Assembly (NCBI GenBank): GCA_026388335.1
Contig: JAPLJZ010000245.1
Coordinates: 3,137 to 67,136, forward strand
Direction: 5' to 3'
Origin: Deltaproteobacteria bacterium
Lineage (GTDB): Bacteria; Desulfobacterota; Syntrophia; Syntrophales; UBA8958
DNA: 64,000 nucleotides
Position 1 is the first letter of the stretch; every line of letters begins with the position of its first letter. Below the pieces are notes generated by a model. The model was not told where the DNA came from and ran no database searches. It saw nothing but the letters and a program-made list of their open reading frames with translations. The position numbers were made by a program, and so were the translations under genes. Positions 29,512 to 39,613 of this stretch are shown piece after piece.

Positions 29512-30714
29512 CTACTTTTTGTAATGAGAAAGGACTTTCCTGATGGCAGTGACCACATCCATCAAATCCTGCTCAGTCATTCTCGTTTGCAAGGGAATGG
29601 AAAAAACCCGCTTTGAGATAAAATCGGCGTTCGGGTAATCTTCCGGATTAAACGCATATTTATCGATGTAGTACGGTTGGTCGAAGATTGCCCGGTAATG
29701 AGTGGCAACCCCAACATTTTCTTCGATAATGGCTCGCATGATTTCCTCCCTGGAAGCCTTCAGAGTTTCCGGTTTTATCATGACGGGAAAGAGATGCCAG
29801 GAATTCCTATTGCCGTCGCCTTCGGGAAATCGAGCTGGAAGAATCAATGACTCCTCATTGCCGAGTAAATCATAATACATTCCCGCAAGTTGTCGCTTTT
29901 TCACGATAAAACTTTCCAGTCTTTTCAATTGATGAATGCCAATGGCGGCATTTAAATCCTGCATGTTATATTTATATCCGGGGTAGACAATTCCATAATG
30001 GATGGTGTCTGTTTTTGTATACCGCTGCCAGGCACCGTGGTCCATCCCATGCAACCCGTAAACTCTAATCTTTGATGCCAAGTCGTTCTGATTGGTAGTG
30101 ATCATTCCTCCTTCACCCGTCGCAACGTTCTTGGTGACATAAAAACTGAAGCAGGTCAGATTTTCCCCGTCGCCGATTATGCGGTTTTTGTATTTCGTAC
30201 CCAAGGCATGCGCCGCATCCTCAATCACGGTAAGGCCGTGCTTTTCGGCAATCCTGTTGATTGCATCCATGTCGCAAGAATTACCGGCGAAATGGACAGG
30301 AATGATGGCTTTTGTACGCGGCGTTATTCTGGCTTCGATGTCATCGGGATCGATGGTAAACGCGCCAGCCGTGATATCAGCCAGGACCGGAACCGCCCCG
30401 ACGTGTTCGATTACGTTGACGGTTGCACCGAAGGTCATGGGCGTTGTGATTACTTCATCACCTTTTCCGATGCCGGACAGGATGAGAGAGAGATGAAGCG
30501 CCGCCGTACAGGAACTCGTCGCCACGGCATGAGCTGCCCCGGTATAGGTCTTGATGTCGTTTTCGAAGCGGACAACTTTTGGCCCAGTGCTTAACCATCC
30601 CGTCCTGAGGCAATCAACCACTTCCTTGATTTCATCCTCGCCGATATCCGGTGAACCATAAATAATAAACTCATTACGAACAGGAGTTCCACCATTTATT
30701 GCAAGCTTATCCAT
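29512..30714 (-). CDS. DegT/DnrJ-family NDP-sugar aminotransferase (ArnB/SpsC-like)
   Basis: SSCTAALH, IEDAAHA, FSFYVTKN, GEGG; start at MDKLAINGG. Confidence 0.92.
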   Translation of the reverse strand: MDKLAINGGTPVRNEFIIYGSPDIGEDEIKEVVDCLRTGWLSTGPKVVRFENDIKTYTGAAHAVATSSCTAALHLSLILSGIGKGDEVITTPMTFGATVNVIEHVGAVPVLADITAGAFTIDPDDIEARITPRTKAIIPVHFAGNSCDMDAINRIAEKHGLTVIEDAAHALGTKYKNRIIGDGENLTCFSFYVTKNVATGEGGMITTNQNDLASKIRVYGLHGMDHGAWQRYTKTDTIHYGIVYPGYKYNMQDLNAAIGIHQLKRLESFIVKKRQLAGMYYDLLGNEESLILPARFPEGDGNRNSWHLFPVMIKPETLKASREEIMRAIIEENVGVATHYRAIFDQPYYIDKYAFNPEDYPNADFISKRVFSIPLQTRMTEQDLMDVVTAIRKVLSHYKK

Positions 30715-30866
30715 TTTGTTTATCCTTTTCAGTGCAATATCGAGATCTTTGCACAACTTGTCAAGTTTTTCATCTCTGATTCACCAATGTCGTGCTGAAA
30801 AGCTGGCTATTCAAAGCTAACACATTGCACTTACTTATTTTTTGATTTATTAAGACCTTTGCAATC

Positions 30867-31077
30867 AGAGGTGGTCGGGGTTGTTTGGACAGGTGACAAA
30901 TTTTTATAAGTGGGAAATAGCCCTTGTTTCATGATCATGCCGTAACCTGTCTCTGCGATATTGTCCCGAAGTGAATCATAACCGGGGTCAGTTCGTAAAT
31001 GCCTCTGATGTGAACTGACTGCCTTGATACGTGTTGAATATATCCGGACAACCATATTTTGTGATGGCATCTTCAAC
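30867..31077 (-). mobile_element. IS3-family insertion sequence remnant
   Basis: 31077-30988 translates to VEDAITKYGCPDIFNTYQGSQFTSEAFTN*, matching the IS3 transposase core PEIFNTDQGSQFTS; IS3-end-like AGAGGTGGTCGGGGTTGTTTGGACAG at 30867-30892. Confidence 0.8.
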
Positions 31078-31093
31078 CGGATTAATCCTATTT

Positions 31094-33130
31094 TTATTCA
31101 CTTTTCACCCAGATTGGCCAGAAATCTTTTATATGCCCATCACGATAATAATTCTGGAGCGCTAATTCATGATTTTGATGACTACTTTGAAAATCCACAA
31201 GGCGGTCTAACACATAGTCGTTTAATCTAACAGAATATTTGAATGATCCGCGATAGCTTTCCAATGGCTCATTACTTTTATCCAATCTTAACCACGTGGG
31301 GATATTCCAACTGAGTATTACTTTTTGTTCTGTCTTTTTGGTATTATATTTTTTAAATATATCGGTGACTGTTCTGCTTTTCAAATAAGTCTCTAAGTCC
31401 TTTATCAAAGAGTCTGGTAATTCAATTAAGTATTCACTTTGTCTACGAAGTTCATCAAATGCTATGTGTAAACATTCATTATAATATCGTGAGAGAACAA
31501 TCGTCCTGTATTTACGAAGCAGATTATCTCCATACTGTCCTTTACAAAGTAATTCATAGTTTTCTTTCCTACAAAAGAAATCCACTAATTCTTTATAGGT
31601 TGAAAACAATTCTTGTTTTGTTTCATTTATAAAATTATTGTAAACATCTGATAGCTCTGAAAAACAAATATTATCATGGATATTGAATATCCATTTCGCA
31701 ATATCTAATCCTCGCTCCTTGATTAATTTGCGAAGGGGATATAGCTCGGTTGTACTCGCAAATATTGCAATTACAAGTGATAGCCCTCGAAGGTATAGAT
31801 AGTCATCGAATGGCATCGATTTAGTACTAACGATTACTTCTTCCGTATCGAATATTTTTATCCCATTGATTTCAGAAAATGATCTCGGAACAATTCTATG
31901 CATAATTAAATGACCATACTTTGATGTCATTTGTGGTGAATTTATTGGAGTACCTTTTAAATTCATAAGAGTATATATTGTAATATTTTGAACGCCGGAA
32001 TTTAATATTTTTGCTACTGTTTCAGTAAAACTATCTTTTGTTTCATCAGGCAATGATAGAATCAATTCCGTAATTGATCTTTCATCATACTCTTTTACTA
32101 CTTTTTCTTGAAAAGCTATAAATTCACCATAAGATGGGTTTTTTCTTTTAATATTTTTTAACACCTTAGGCGTAAGTGTTTGAATAGATATTCCAGGTAT
32201 TGTTATGTATTTCAAAATTGAAATTAATTGCAAATGCTTCTTGGGATTCTTTGTTAGATTTACTTCAATAACTTTTGGCCAATCATAATTGTCCTGAGTA
32301 TCTCTGATTGCGCATGCAATTTCAAAGTCATTTTTGAATAATCCAAAGTTAGGATCAGCTATATATAGTTGCACATTATGCTGTCCTGAAAAACGCTTAC
32401 CTAAATATTCAATATCTTTCCTAAAATTATCAATGGATTGGAATACAACCTTAGAGTAATAATCATTACTATTATGACAGTAAGCACACTCGAATGGGCA
32501 GCCTCTTTGCGTCTGCACAAAAGGCGAAAAACCTTCAGCAAGAAATTCATCAAAAAAACCTTCAGCATACATTGAACCAAAAAGCTCTAAAGAATCAAAT
32601 CTTGGCGGTGCTACATTTGGTTCCATAAGTTTTTCCCCTGTGCAATCAAGACAATATGTTCCCGGCACAGGATAATTTCTAATATCCTTTATATTTTCAC
32701 CATTAATCAGACGCTCAACGACTATCGAAAATGGTATCTCACCATCATAACTTACACAAATATCAACAATATCAAATTGTTTCAAATACGTAAATTTTTC
32801 AGGAGGTGTAAGATAGAGATCGGGACCTCCCGCAACAACAACGCAATTCGCATTCTTATTTTTAGCAATACCGGCCATATGAAGATTCAATCTGCTATTC
32901 CACGAATATTGTGATATTCCAATCACATCCGGAACCCAGTATTTCATTGCATCAAGAAACATATTTGGATTTTTGAAAAGCTTTACATCAATGTTATTGT
33001 TTTTTAGTTTATTCCTCAGATAATAACCAATAAATCCTATTCCTAATGGAACAGAATTATTATGAACCCCTACGGTCATGTGTGTGAGGTCTATCAATGC
33101 AATTTTTAATGACATATTCACATTATTCAT
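31094..33130 (-). CDS. Cobalamin-binding radical SAM protein (long form)
   Basis: PLGIGFI, AGGPD, DGE, RGCPFECAYC; start at MNNVNM; AT-rich. Confidence 0.85.
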   Translation of the reverse strand: MNNVNMSLKIALIDLTHMTVGVHNNSVPLGIGFIGYYLRNKLKNNNIDVKLFKNPNMFLDAMKYWVPDVIGISQYSWNSRLNLHMAGIAKNKNANCVVVAGGPDLYLTPPEKFTYLKQFDIVDICVSYDGEIPFSIVVERLINGENIKDIRNYPVPGTYCLDCTGEKLMEPNVAPPRFDSLELFGSMYAEGFFDEFLAEGFSPFVQTQRGCPFECAYCHNSNDYYSKVVFQSIDNFRKDIEYLGKRFSGQHNVQLYIADPNFGLFKNDFEIACAIRDTQDNYDWPKVIEVNLTKNPKKHLQLISILKYITIPGISIQTLTPKVLKNIKRKNPSYGEFIAFQEKVVKEYDERSITELILSLPDETKDSFTETVAKILNSGVQNITIYTLMNLKGTPINSPQMTSKYGHLIMHRIVPRSFSEINGIKIFDTEEVIVSTKSMPFDDYLYLRGLSLVIAIFASTTELYPLRKLIKERGLDIAKWIFNIHDNICFSELSDVYNNFINETKQELFSTYKELVDFFCRKENYELLCKGQYGDNLLRKYRTIVLSRYYNECLHIAFDELRRQSEYLIELPDSLIKDLETYLKSRTVTDIFKKYNTKKTEQKVILSWNIPTWLRLDKSNEPLESYRGSFKYSVRLNDYVLDRLVDFQSSHQNHELALQNYYRDGHIKDFWPIWVKSE

Positions 33131-33821
33131 TACAATTATTCCTCCAGATATAATCGGGACTGTCGTCACCATAATTGAAGAGAAGATCGATGACGGACAC
33201 CATCGGATCGAAAGGCTCATATAGTTGTTTATAGGGAAGGTAATTATACTCTTGATATACTAAACGGATACCACTCTGGTCGAATAGCTCATCTTCGATA
33301 TAATTTGCTGCTCTAGGTCCGCTTATATAAGTTGTTATTCCCAGTTTATTGCATATACTCACCAGCCGTTCTGTTTTTCTGCCCTCGACATCCAGGGTGG
33401 AAGAACGGACGAAACGCGTATGACCGATTGATAGTAGCCCACAAAGAGTAGTGATTATCTCAATGTCCAGATCACATAAATTCTCCCAGGATCGACTATA
33501 AATATCCTCAAACACAGATCTATAATAATCAAAATATTTCGCCCTTGAGTAGCAATGCTTAAGCATGGCCCAATGTTTATCCCGCCATGGGACGCTGTTA
33601 TCAATTTGTGTATCTTTGATAAGCTGCCCACGTAATCCCTTTGTGATGACCGGCACCGTGATCCACTGCGATCCCGTCTCATGCCTTACGATATTTCTGT
33701 TCCTCCAATCTCTTACCGTATATTGAACATCATCGAAAAATACAAATATATCAGCAATATTAATCAGATCGAAATACCCACGCCACGGAAGATAATTGGG
33801 TTGAAGAATGACCCCTTTCAT
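33123..33821 (-). CDS. wbqC: WbqC-family protein
   Basis: ILQPNYLPWRGYF, DDVQY, WRNRN, YISGP, SVIDLLFN. Confidence 0.92.
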   Translation of the reverse strand: MKGVILQPNYLPWRGYFDLINIADIFVFFDDVQYTVRDWRNRNIVRHETGSQWITVPVITKGLRGQLIKDTQIDNSVPWRDKHWAMLKHCYSRAKYFDYYRSVFEDIYSRSWENLCDLDIEIITTLCGLLSIGHTRFVRSSTLDVEGRKTERLVSICNKLGITTYISGPRAANYIEDELFDQSGIRLVYQEYNYLPYKQLYEPFDPMVSVIDLLFNYGDDSPDYIWRNNCNE

Positions 33822-34804
33822 TTTTCCAAGTGCCCCCTTATTATATTGACGACTCGTTTTAAACCATCACCATCCACAAGCCTCCGACCACGTTCATAAA
33901 AATCGTAGCGGAGTTTCAAATCGGTCATTAAAGTACTTAGAACTGTCGTAACAGCTTTCGGATCTAAGACGTTACCCATCCCGAGAAGGAAAAACGCATT
34001 ATGACGGCCAAGGCTTCCGACCTGCTCCATTTGATGTTCATACTGGCAGATCACGATAGACGCCATCCCGAGAGACAGGGTCTGAAAGAAGACGAGTCCG
34101 CCTGCGACAAAAGCAATATCTGCACCGGCCATTACCTCCAGAAAATGTGCCGACTGCCTGTGAATACGAATTCTTCCGTACGATGAGTCTGCATATTGTG
34201 AAAGAACGGCAGTATTGGAATAGCCACTTCCAATCGCAACATCGACAGGCGTAGCGATCTCCGCTTGCGAAAGGATAGCGACCAATTTCATGGTTATATC
34301 CAGGTAGTCAAACCCGCCGAAGCAGATAAAGATTCTTTCTGGGGTTGTCCGAAAGTTTCTTATTGGGGTTGGTGGAATCACCGCGAAGCCCGGTCCGGAA
34401 TATGGATTCCCTGTCTCTTCGACAAAAGCATTGATCGGATAATCGGAAAATTTTCTGTGGTCATCGAAATGATCGTATGTCATGAGAGGAGCACCGTATT
34501 GCTTGAGTATCCGGAGATCATTCTCATCATACTGATAGATATCACAGATTATGAAGTCCGGCTTGCAATCCTGAACAAGCCTTGCCAGATCGTTATTGTA
34601 ACGGTCAGGAGCAATGAGGTGCAAAGGATATCCCGCTTCCTTTATCATAGCATGGCCGTGCTCGTAATCCGGCTTATCTACACTTGAGAAAATGACCCGG
34701 CTTGCATCCCTAAGTTGATCGGCGACAAGAAGGCTTCGGTAGATGTGCCCTGTACCAACTTCCGCAACCACACCTCCGTCGGTTCTGAAGAGAATAACTT
34801 TCAA
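33818..34804 (-). CDS. PseG/SpsG-family GT-B protein (NDP-sugar hydrolase-like)
   Basis: FRTDGG...GTGHIYRS, CFGGFD, VDGDG. Confidence 0.78.
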   Translation of the reverse strand: MKVILFRTDGGVVAEVGTGHIYRSLLVADQLRDASRVIFSSVDKPDYEHGHAMIKEAGYPLHLIAPDRYNNDLARLVQDCKPDFIICDIYQYDENDLRILKQYGAPLMTYDHFDDHRKFSDYPINAFVEETGNPYSGPGFAVIPPTPIRNFRTTPERIFICFGGFDYLDITMKLVAILSQAEIATPVDVAIGSGYSNTAVLSQYADSSYGRIRIHRQSAHFLEVMAGADIAFVAGGLVFFQTLSLGMASIVICQYEHQMEQVGSLGRHNAFFLLGMGNVLDPKAVTTVLSTLMTDLKLRYDFYERGRRLVDGDGLKRVVNIIRGHLEK

Positions 34805-34847
34805 GCAGTGCTTCCGTAATCAAAAGGACATCTTGCAGCGTCGATCT

Positions 34848-35708
34848 TCATGACCTTTCCTGCATGCGCATACTTTTCCTGTACGAGATTTCCTCTTCCT
34901 CACAGGGCATGGCTTCAAGCCTGCCATGCCCCAGAATTTTTTCAGCTTCCCGAATCCTCCGGATCAGATCTTTTAATTCAGCCGGCTCAGCCGATATTTC
35001 CCAGTCAATGCCACGCAATCCCCTGTCGATGGTAAAATGCTTTTCAATCACCATGGCCCCTGCATAGACGGCGAACAAAGGCACCTTAATACCCTGCGTA
35101 TGATCGGAATAGCCGACGGGAATATCATATATTGATAGGAGAGAATGGATAGCCCCTAGATTTGCCGATCCTTCTTCCAGAGGATAACTGGAAACGCAGT
35201 GCAGAAGGATATGGGGCGTACGGTGCTTCCGGAAAAATTTCAAGGCGAATTCGATTTCCTCAGCATCGGCTGTACCGCGGGAAATGATCACCGGCAGGTC
35301 GGAAGACGCCACCTTCCTTAACAGTCTTTCATTGCAAATATCGCAGGACGCGATCTTAACTGCCGGCACATCCAGCATCTTCAGCATATCCACGCTTTCC
35401 TCATCGAATGCCGTAGCGAAAAATTCGATTCCTGAACTTTTCGCCGCACGAGCCAAGACAGCAAACTGCTCATGGTTCAGTTCGGTAGGTTTGACAAGAT
35501 CGTGAATATCCGGGTTTTCGCCGAATCTCTCTTTAGTCCGGAATGCCTGAAATTTGATGGCATCCGCACCGGATTCGGCGGCAGTCTCAATCATCCTTAT
35601 GGCCAGCGCCATATTTCCTCCGTGATTCAGGCCCGCCTCCGCAATAACAAAAATCGGCTGATTCTGCCCGATGCGTTTCCCTCCGAATTGTACGGTCTTA
35701 TCTTTCAT
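34848..35708 (-). CDS. neuB: NeuB/SpsE-family ulosonate synthase lacking the SAF domain
   Basis: IAEAGLNHGG, ADAIKFQ, KIAS, LHCVSSYP, GYSDHT, IEKHFT. Confidence 0.88.
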   Translation of the reverse strand: MKDKTVQFGGKRIGQNQPIFVIAEAGLNHGGNMALAIRMIETAAESGADAIKFQAFRTKERFGENPDIHDLVKPTELNHEQFAVLARAAKSSGIEFFATAFDEESVDMLKMLDVPAVKIASCDICNERLLRKVASSDLPVIISRGTADAEEIEFALKFFRKHRTPHILLHCVSSYPLEEGSANLGAIHSLLSIYDIPVGYSDHTQGIKVPLFAVYAGAMVIEKHFTIDRGLRGIDWEISAEPAELKDLIRRIREAEKILGHGRLEAMPCEEEEISYRKSMRMQERS

Positions 35709-35720
35709 ATCTGCTCTCCA

Positions 35721-36653
35721 TCATAAACGAAACACCACGGAGAGAAACCTAAAAGACTCCTCAGAAAGTTTCCAGCCTGCCGCTCCGACATTTTCAATCA
35801 ATTGCTCCGGTCGCCTTGCCCCGCAAATAACCACATCGATGCCGTTCGAATCCAGAAGCCAACGGATGGCCACCTGGGACGGTGATTTCCCGAGATTCCG
35901 GGAGAGTACTTTCAGCTTTTCGATTCTTTCGAGATTCCGGAGAAATCTTTCACCCTGGAATTCTTCGTCATGAAAACGATTGTCATCTTCCGAAAAAACA
36001 GAGGTTGTTACAAATTTTCCAGTGAGCAACCCATGCTCCAGAGGGCTGTATGCGAGGACAGGTAACCCGTTTTCCAGACAATGGAGAAGCATATCGGCTT
36101 CGCTCTCTCTCTTCAGAAGATTGTATTCGGACTGTACGGTCAAGACAGGGACAATAGCTCTGAGTCTCTCCAATGAAGGGCAATCAAAATCTGATACACC
36201 TATATAGCGAACTAGTCCTTCCTCAATCAATTTGAGCAACACCACACCAGTTTCCTCGATTGGAGTGTTTGGATCCATCTCATGCAACTGGTACAGATCA
36301 ATATAATCGGTTTTCAGCCTTTGCAGACTTTTGTGGACGGCTTCATGGATGTGAGAAGCAGAAAGATCGATATAACGCGTCCCATCGTTTCTCCAGACCA
36401 CACCAGCCTTGGTTGCGAGGACGACGTTTTTACGTTCGGCCGCAAGAACCCTGCCGAGAAGGTTTTCGGCGATGCCCTCTCCGTAAGCATCAGCCGTGTC
36501 ATAAAAATTGATTCCCGAATCGAGGGCATATCGGATAGTTGCCAGGCTCTCATCGGTGTCTACTTTGCCCCAGCGTCTTCCTCCGAAAAGCCATGTCCCC
36601 AGGCAGATTCTTGATACGCGAAGATCGGAATTTTTCAGCGTAGTGTATTCCAT
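35721..36653 (-). CDS. Aldo/keto reductase
   Basis: LGTW, DTADAYG, LATK, DYIDLYQLH, YSPL. Confidence 0.92.
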   Translation of the reverse strand: MEYTTLKNSDLRVSRICLGTWLFGGRRWGKVDTDESLATIRYALDSGINFYDTADAYGEGIAENLLGRVLAAERKNVVLATKAGVVWRNDGTRYIDLSASHIHEAVHKSLQRLKTDYIDLYQLHEMDPNTPIEETGVVLLKLIEEGLVRYIGVSDFDCPSLERLRAIVPVLTVQSEYNLLKRESEADMLLHCLENGLPVLAYSPLEHGLLTGKFVTTSVFSEDDNRFHDEEFQGERFLRNLERIEKLKVLSRNLGKSPSQVAIRWLLDSNGIDVVICGARRPEQLIENVGAAGWKLSEESFRFLSVVFRL

Positions 36654-36669
36654 ATCCGTTTTCCCGGGA

Positions 36670-37461
36670 TCAGTCCCCGATGGTAAATCCTCCATCCACG
36701 AGCAGGTTCTGCCCTGTTACATATTCGGACATGGACGATGTTAAGAAAAAAATGCCGCCAATGAGATCTTCCGGTGTTCCCATCCGGTTAAGCGGAGTCT
36801 TGTATACATAATTCCTGACAAATGCAGGTGCCTGATTGGCGAAGATTCCACCGGGGCTCAAACAGTTGACCCGAATTCCGTGGGGAGAAAGATATCTTGC
36901 CATATACCGAGTGAAATGAATTACACTGGCCTTTGACATGGCATACACCTCCGGGGAGTTTCTGCCTGAGTCTCCGTAGATCCTCTGATCGGCAGCGGAA
37001 ACGCCATATATAGAGCCGAAGTTCAAAATGACGCCTTTTATCCCATCCCGAACCATATGTCCGCTTACTGCCTGAGTAACGAGAAAGGTGCCCTTTACAT
37101 TGACATCCATAACAGACTGAAATTCGTCATCCGTCCGTTTTTCAAAAGGGGTGAAGACGGAGATTCCGGCACAGTTGATAAGGATATCGATTCTGCCCAT
37201 AATCCGCAGGATCTTTTCGATGGCGGCCTCGACATCGGTCCTTTTTGTCACGTCCGCCATCAGGAAGTAGGATTCTGGCTTCCCGGCACAATAACTCTCT
37301 GGAAGTTCTAAGAAACTAATTGGTTGCGTAATATCCATATTCAGAACGACCGCCCCCGCCTCAACGTAATGGTTCATGATGACACAACCGATCTGACCGC
37401 TTCCCCCAGTCAACAGGACAATCTTATCTTTAAATTCCTCTGAAAATAATTTAGGTTTCAT
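36670..37461 (-). CDS. SDR oxidoreductase (PtmA-like)
   Basis: TGGSGQIG, SIYG, YAMSK, TGQNLLVDGG. Confidence 0.9.
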   Translation of the reverse strand: MKPKLFSEEFKDKIVLLTGGSGQIGCVIMNHYVEAGAVVLNMDITQPISFLELPESYCAGKPESYFLMADVTKRTDVEAAIEKILRIMGRIDILINCAGISVFTPFEKRTDDEFQSVMDVNVKGTFLVTQAVSGHMVRDGIKGVILNFGSIYGVSAADQRIYGDSGRNSPEVYAMSKASVIHFTRYMARYLSPHGIRVNCLSPGGIFANQAPAFVRNYVYKTPLNRMGTPEDLIGGIFFLTSSMSEYVTGQNLLVDGGFTIGD

Positions 37462-38845
37462 GTCCCTCCCCCGATTTCTTCAGGCGCTCATACTCTTTTC
37501 GGGCATAGGCCTTTTCCCGAAGGTGCCAGGGCAGGAAATGATAATCGTCAAAGTTATGCCAGTCTCCGCCCGACCGGGCAGCCAGCACCCTGGCGCATGT
37601 CTTGGCAACTTCAGTCAATCCCTTCAGCCGGGGCATTGTGTTATCTTTGCGCGTTTCCTGCATTAACCCGTCTATCTCCTTGGCAACAATCCAGCACGAG
37701 GGACATTTCTGCGGCCACCCGTAATAATCCCACAAAAGTTTTTGAAGCGGTTCAGACTCCTTATATGAGGTCTTCAACGGAAGGTTGCCTTTTGTCGCCT
37801 TTTGTGCCAATTCCACAACCTCGTGGATACTGCCCGGCTGATAGGTATAGCGATAGATCTCTCCCCGAACATCGGGCAGTTCAACGCTGGGCATGTGGTA
37901 TTCTAACCTATCACCAAGGACCTCCTGCAGGGTGATGTAGGGAACGCCGCTGATGATGGACTCGATAATAGAACTGGAATAACAGAAAACAGAGGCACTC
38001 CTTTGTAGCAGCCATCCCGGGAAGGGGCTTTTTGTATCAATCGTAAAAAGCTCGCCGTACTTCTTGGAAAAGTGGATATAATCATCGAGGCATTCCAATG
38101 TATAAGGGCGAAAGGCAACGGGATTTTTCAGTTCCAGACACCAGATATCCAGGAATTCGAGAAACAGTCTGACATAGGCTGCGGCAGCCCAGAGGAAATC
38201 TTCGTATCCGCCGTCCCTTCCATAGTAGATGCCATGAGCCCCTCGTCCGAGGTCCAAGTGTTCGAACATGTTTGGATTATGAAACATGCTGATCCCGGTA
38301 AAAGATGGCATGCCGCCGAGAGTTCTTTTTTGTGTGGTAAATCTCTTCGCGTCCCGGTAGAAATCGTAACGCGTACAGCCAACCATTTTTACATTCTCTT
38401 CCGGATAAAGTCCAGCTTCCACAATCCAATTTTTAAGTACGGGTCCCCATGTTAATACTTGGGAATAATGTTGCGCATAAGCAAGACCAATTTCCTCCTT
38501 GCCACCGCGCATGTGCTCGAGCATTCCCTCACGGATCATCCCGCTTGATTCCGGATGCATGAGAATAAAACTGCAGTTCTTGGAACCTTCCTTCAATTCG
38601 TCCGGTGTGAGGAAGGCATCGGGGTGAGTCATGAGGACTGCTTCGGGCTTGAAGAGATGATACAACGCACGTGAAGAAATCCGGCTGCCGATGACTGTAT
38701 TGTAACCCATGGATTGAAGGTAATAACCAAGCAGGAGGGACGCAGCCGCATCACGGCGCTTGTGATCCGCATGGATCAGAACAGTTTTGGAACTTGTGCC
38801 ATGGAAAATGATATTTCCACAAGTATTTAACAGGCTGGCTACCAT
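37451..38845 (-). CDS. Surface carbohydrate biosynthesis protein (TIGR04396-like), putative transferase
   Basis: RRD...LL, TWG, VGCTRYD, FRP, SSSIIES...GVP. Confidence 0.55.
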   Translation of the reverse strand: MVASLLNTCGNIIFHGTSSKTVLIHADHKRRDAAASLLLGYYLQSMGYNTVIGSRISSRALYHLFKPEAVLMTHPDAFLTPDELKEGSKNCSFILMHPESSGMIREGMLEHMRGGKEEIGLAYAQHYSQVLTWGPVLKNWIVEAGLYPEENVKMVGCTRYDFYRDAKRFTTQKRTLGGMPSFTGISMFHNPNMFEHLDLGRGAHGIYYGRDGGYEDFLWAAAAYVRLFLEFLDIWCLELKNPVAFRPYTLECLDDYIHFSKKYGELFTIDTKSPFPGWLLQRSASVFCYSSSIIESIISGVPYITLQEVLGDRLEYHMPSVELPDVRGEIYRYTYQPGSIHEVVELAQKATKGNLPLKTSYKESEPLQKLLWDYYGWPQKCPSCWIVAKEIDGLMQETRKDNTMPRLKGLTEVAKTCARVLAARSGGDWHNFDDYHFLPWHLREKAYARKEYERLKKSGEGHET

Positions 38846-38863
38846 ACTATAGTGTAAGCTGAA

Positions 38864-39613
38864 TTATCCTTTGTAAGGTTTGTGGATTACGCCTGCATTC
38901 CGAAGGAGGTGTTCATTTTGCCGGATGATATCCATGAGTTCCGAATAGGTAAATGTATCATCTTTCATATGTGCATATATAGCGGTAATCGTCTCATAAT
39001 CCTCTTCCTTATCAATTGTTAGCCGATAAGTGGAGTCGTCACTTCGGTTCGGATATTCGAAAAAAGCAAATTTTTCCGGATACTCTTCCACAAAAGGGAC
39101 AACATGTTCCCGGTAGTATGGTTCACAGCATTCTTCATAAAGTCTTTTCAGTAAGGATTTTGAAAAAATCTCGATATCAAGCCCGCGTGCGAACGTCCTC
39201 CGGTTACAGTTGGTTAGAAACTCGATATTCGGCCAGTTGAACTGGAACAGATTCACCATGTCGTCAATTAGCTCCGGATCCATGAAGGGACAGTCTGCGG
39301 TCAACCGGACGATGACATCTGTCCCATAGTGGAGGGCAGCCCGGTAATAACGATCCAGAAGGTCTGTCTCGCTGCCGCGAAAGGCCTCTACGTCGTGACG
39401 CTCCGCCAATCCTACTATGGCATCGTCTGCTGGAAGTTCGGTTGTAAGCACGACAACATGCCTTACCCTGTCTGCTCGTTTAACCCGATCAATCATGGTT
39501 CCTAGTATTGTATTGCCGCCGAGGGGAAACATGATCTTGCCAGGTAATCGCGTAGACCCCATACGGGCCTGGATCATAATATCTGTATGAAGAGACTTAT
39601 GCTCAGAGGTCAT
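38864..39613 (-). CDS. spsF: SpsF-like cytidylyltransferase
   Basis: IQARMGSTRLPGK, FRGSETD, RLTADCP, REHV, RLTID. Confidence 0.88.
   Translation of the reverse strand: MTSEHKSLHTDIMIQARMGSTRLPGKIMFPLGGNTILGTMIDRVKRADRVRHVVVLTTELPADDAIVGLAERHDVEAFRGSETDLLDRYYRAALHYGTDVIVRLTADCPFMDPELIDDMVNLFQFNWPNIEFLTNCNRRTFARGLDIEIFSKSLLKRLYEECCEPYYREHVVPFVEEYPEKFAFFEYPNRSDDSTYRLTIDKEEDYETITAIYAHMKDDTFTYSELMDIIRQNEHLLRNAGVIHKPYKG

Noticed and set aside
30831-31076. 81-aa ORF as a real protein or radical SAM precursor peptide
   Set aside because: It is an off-frame reading of the IS3 transposase remnant
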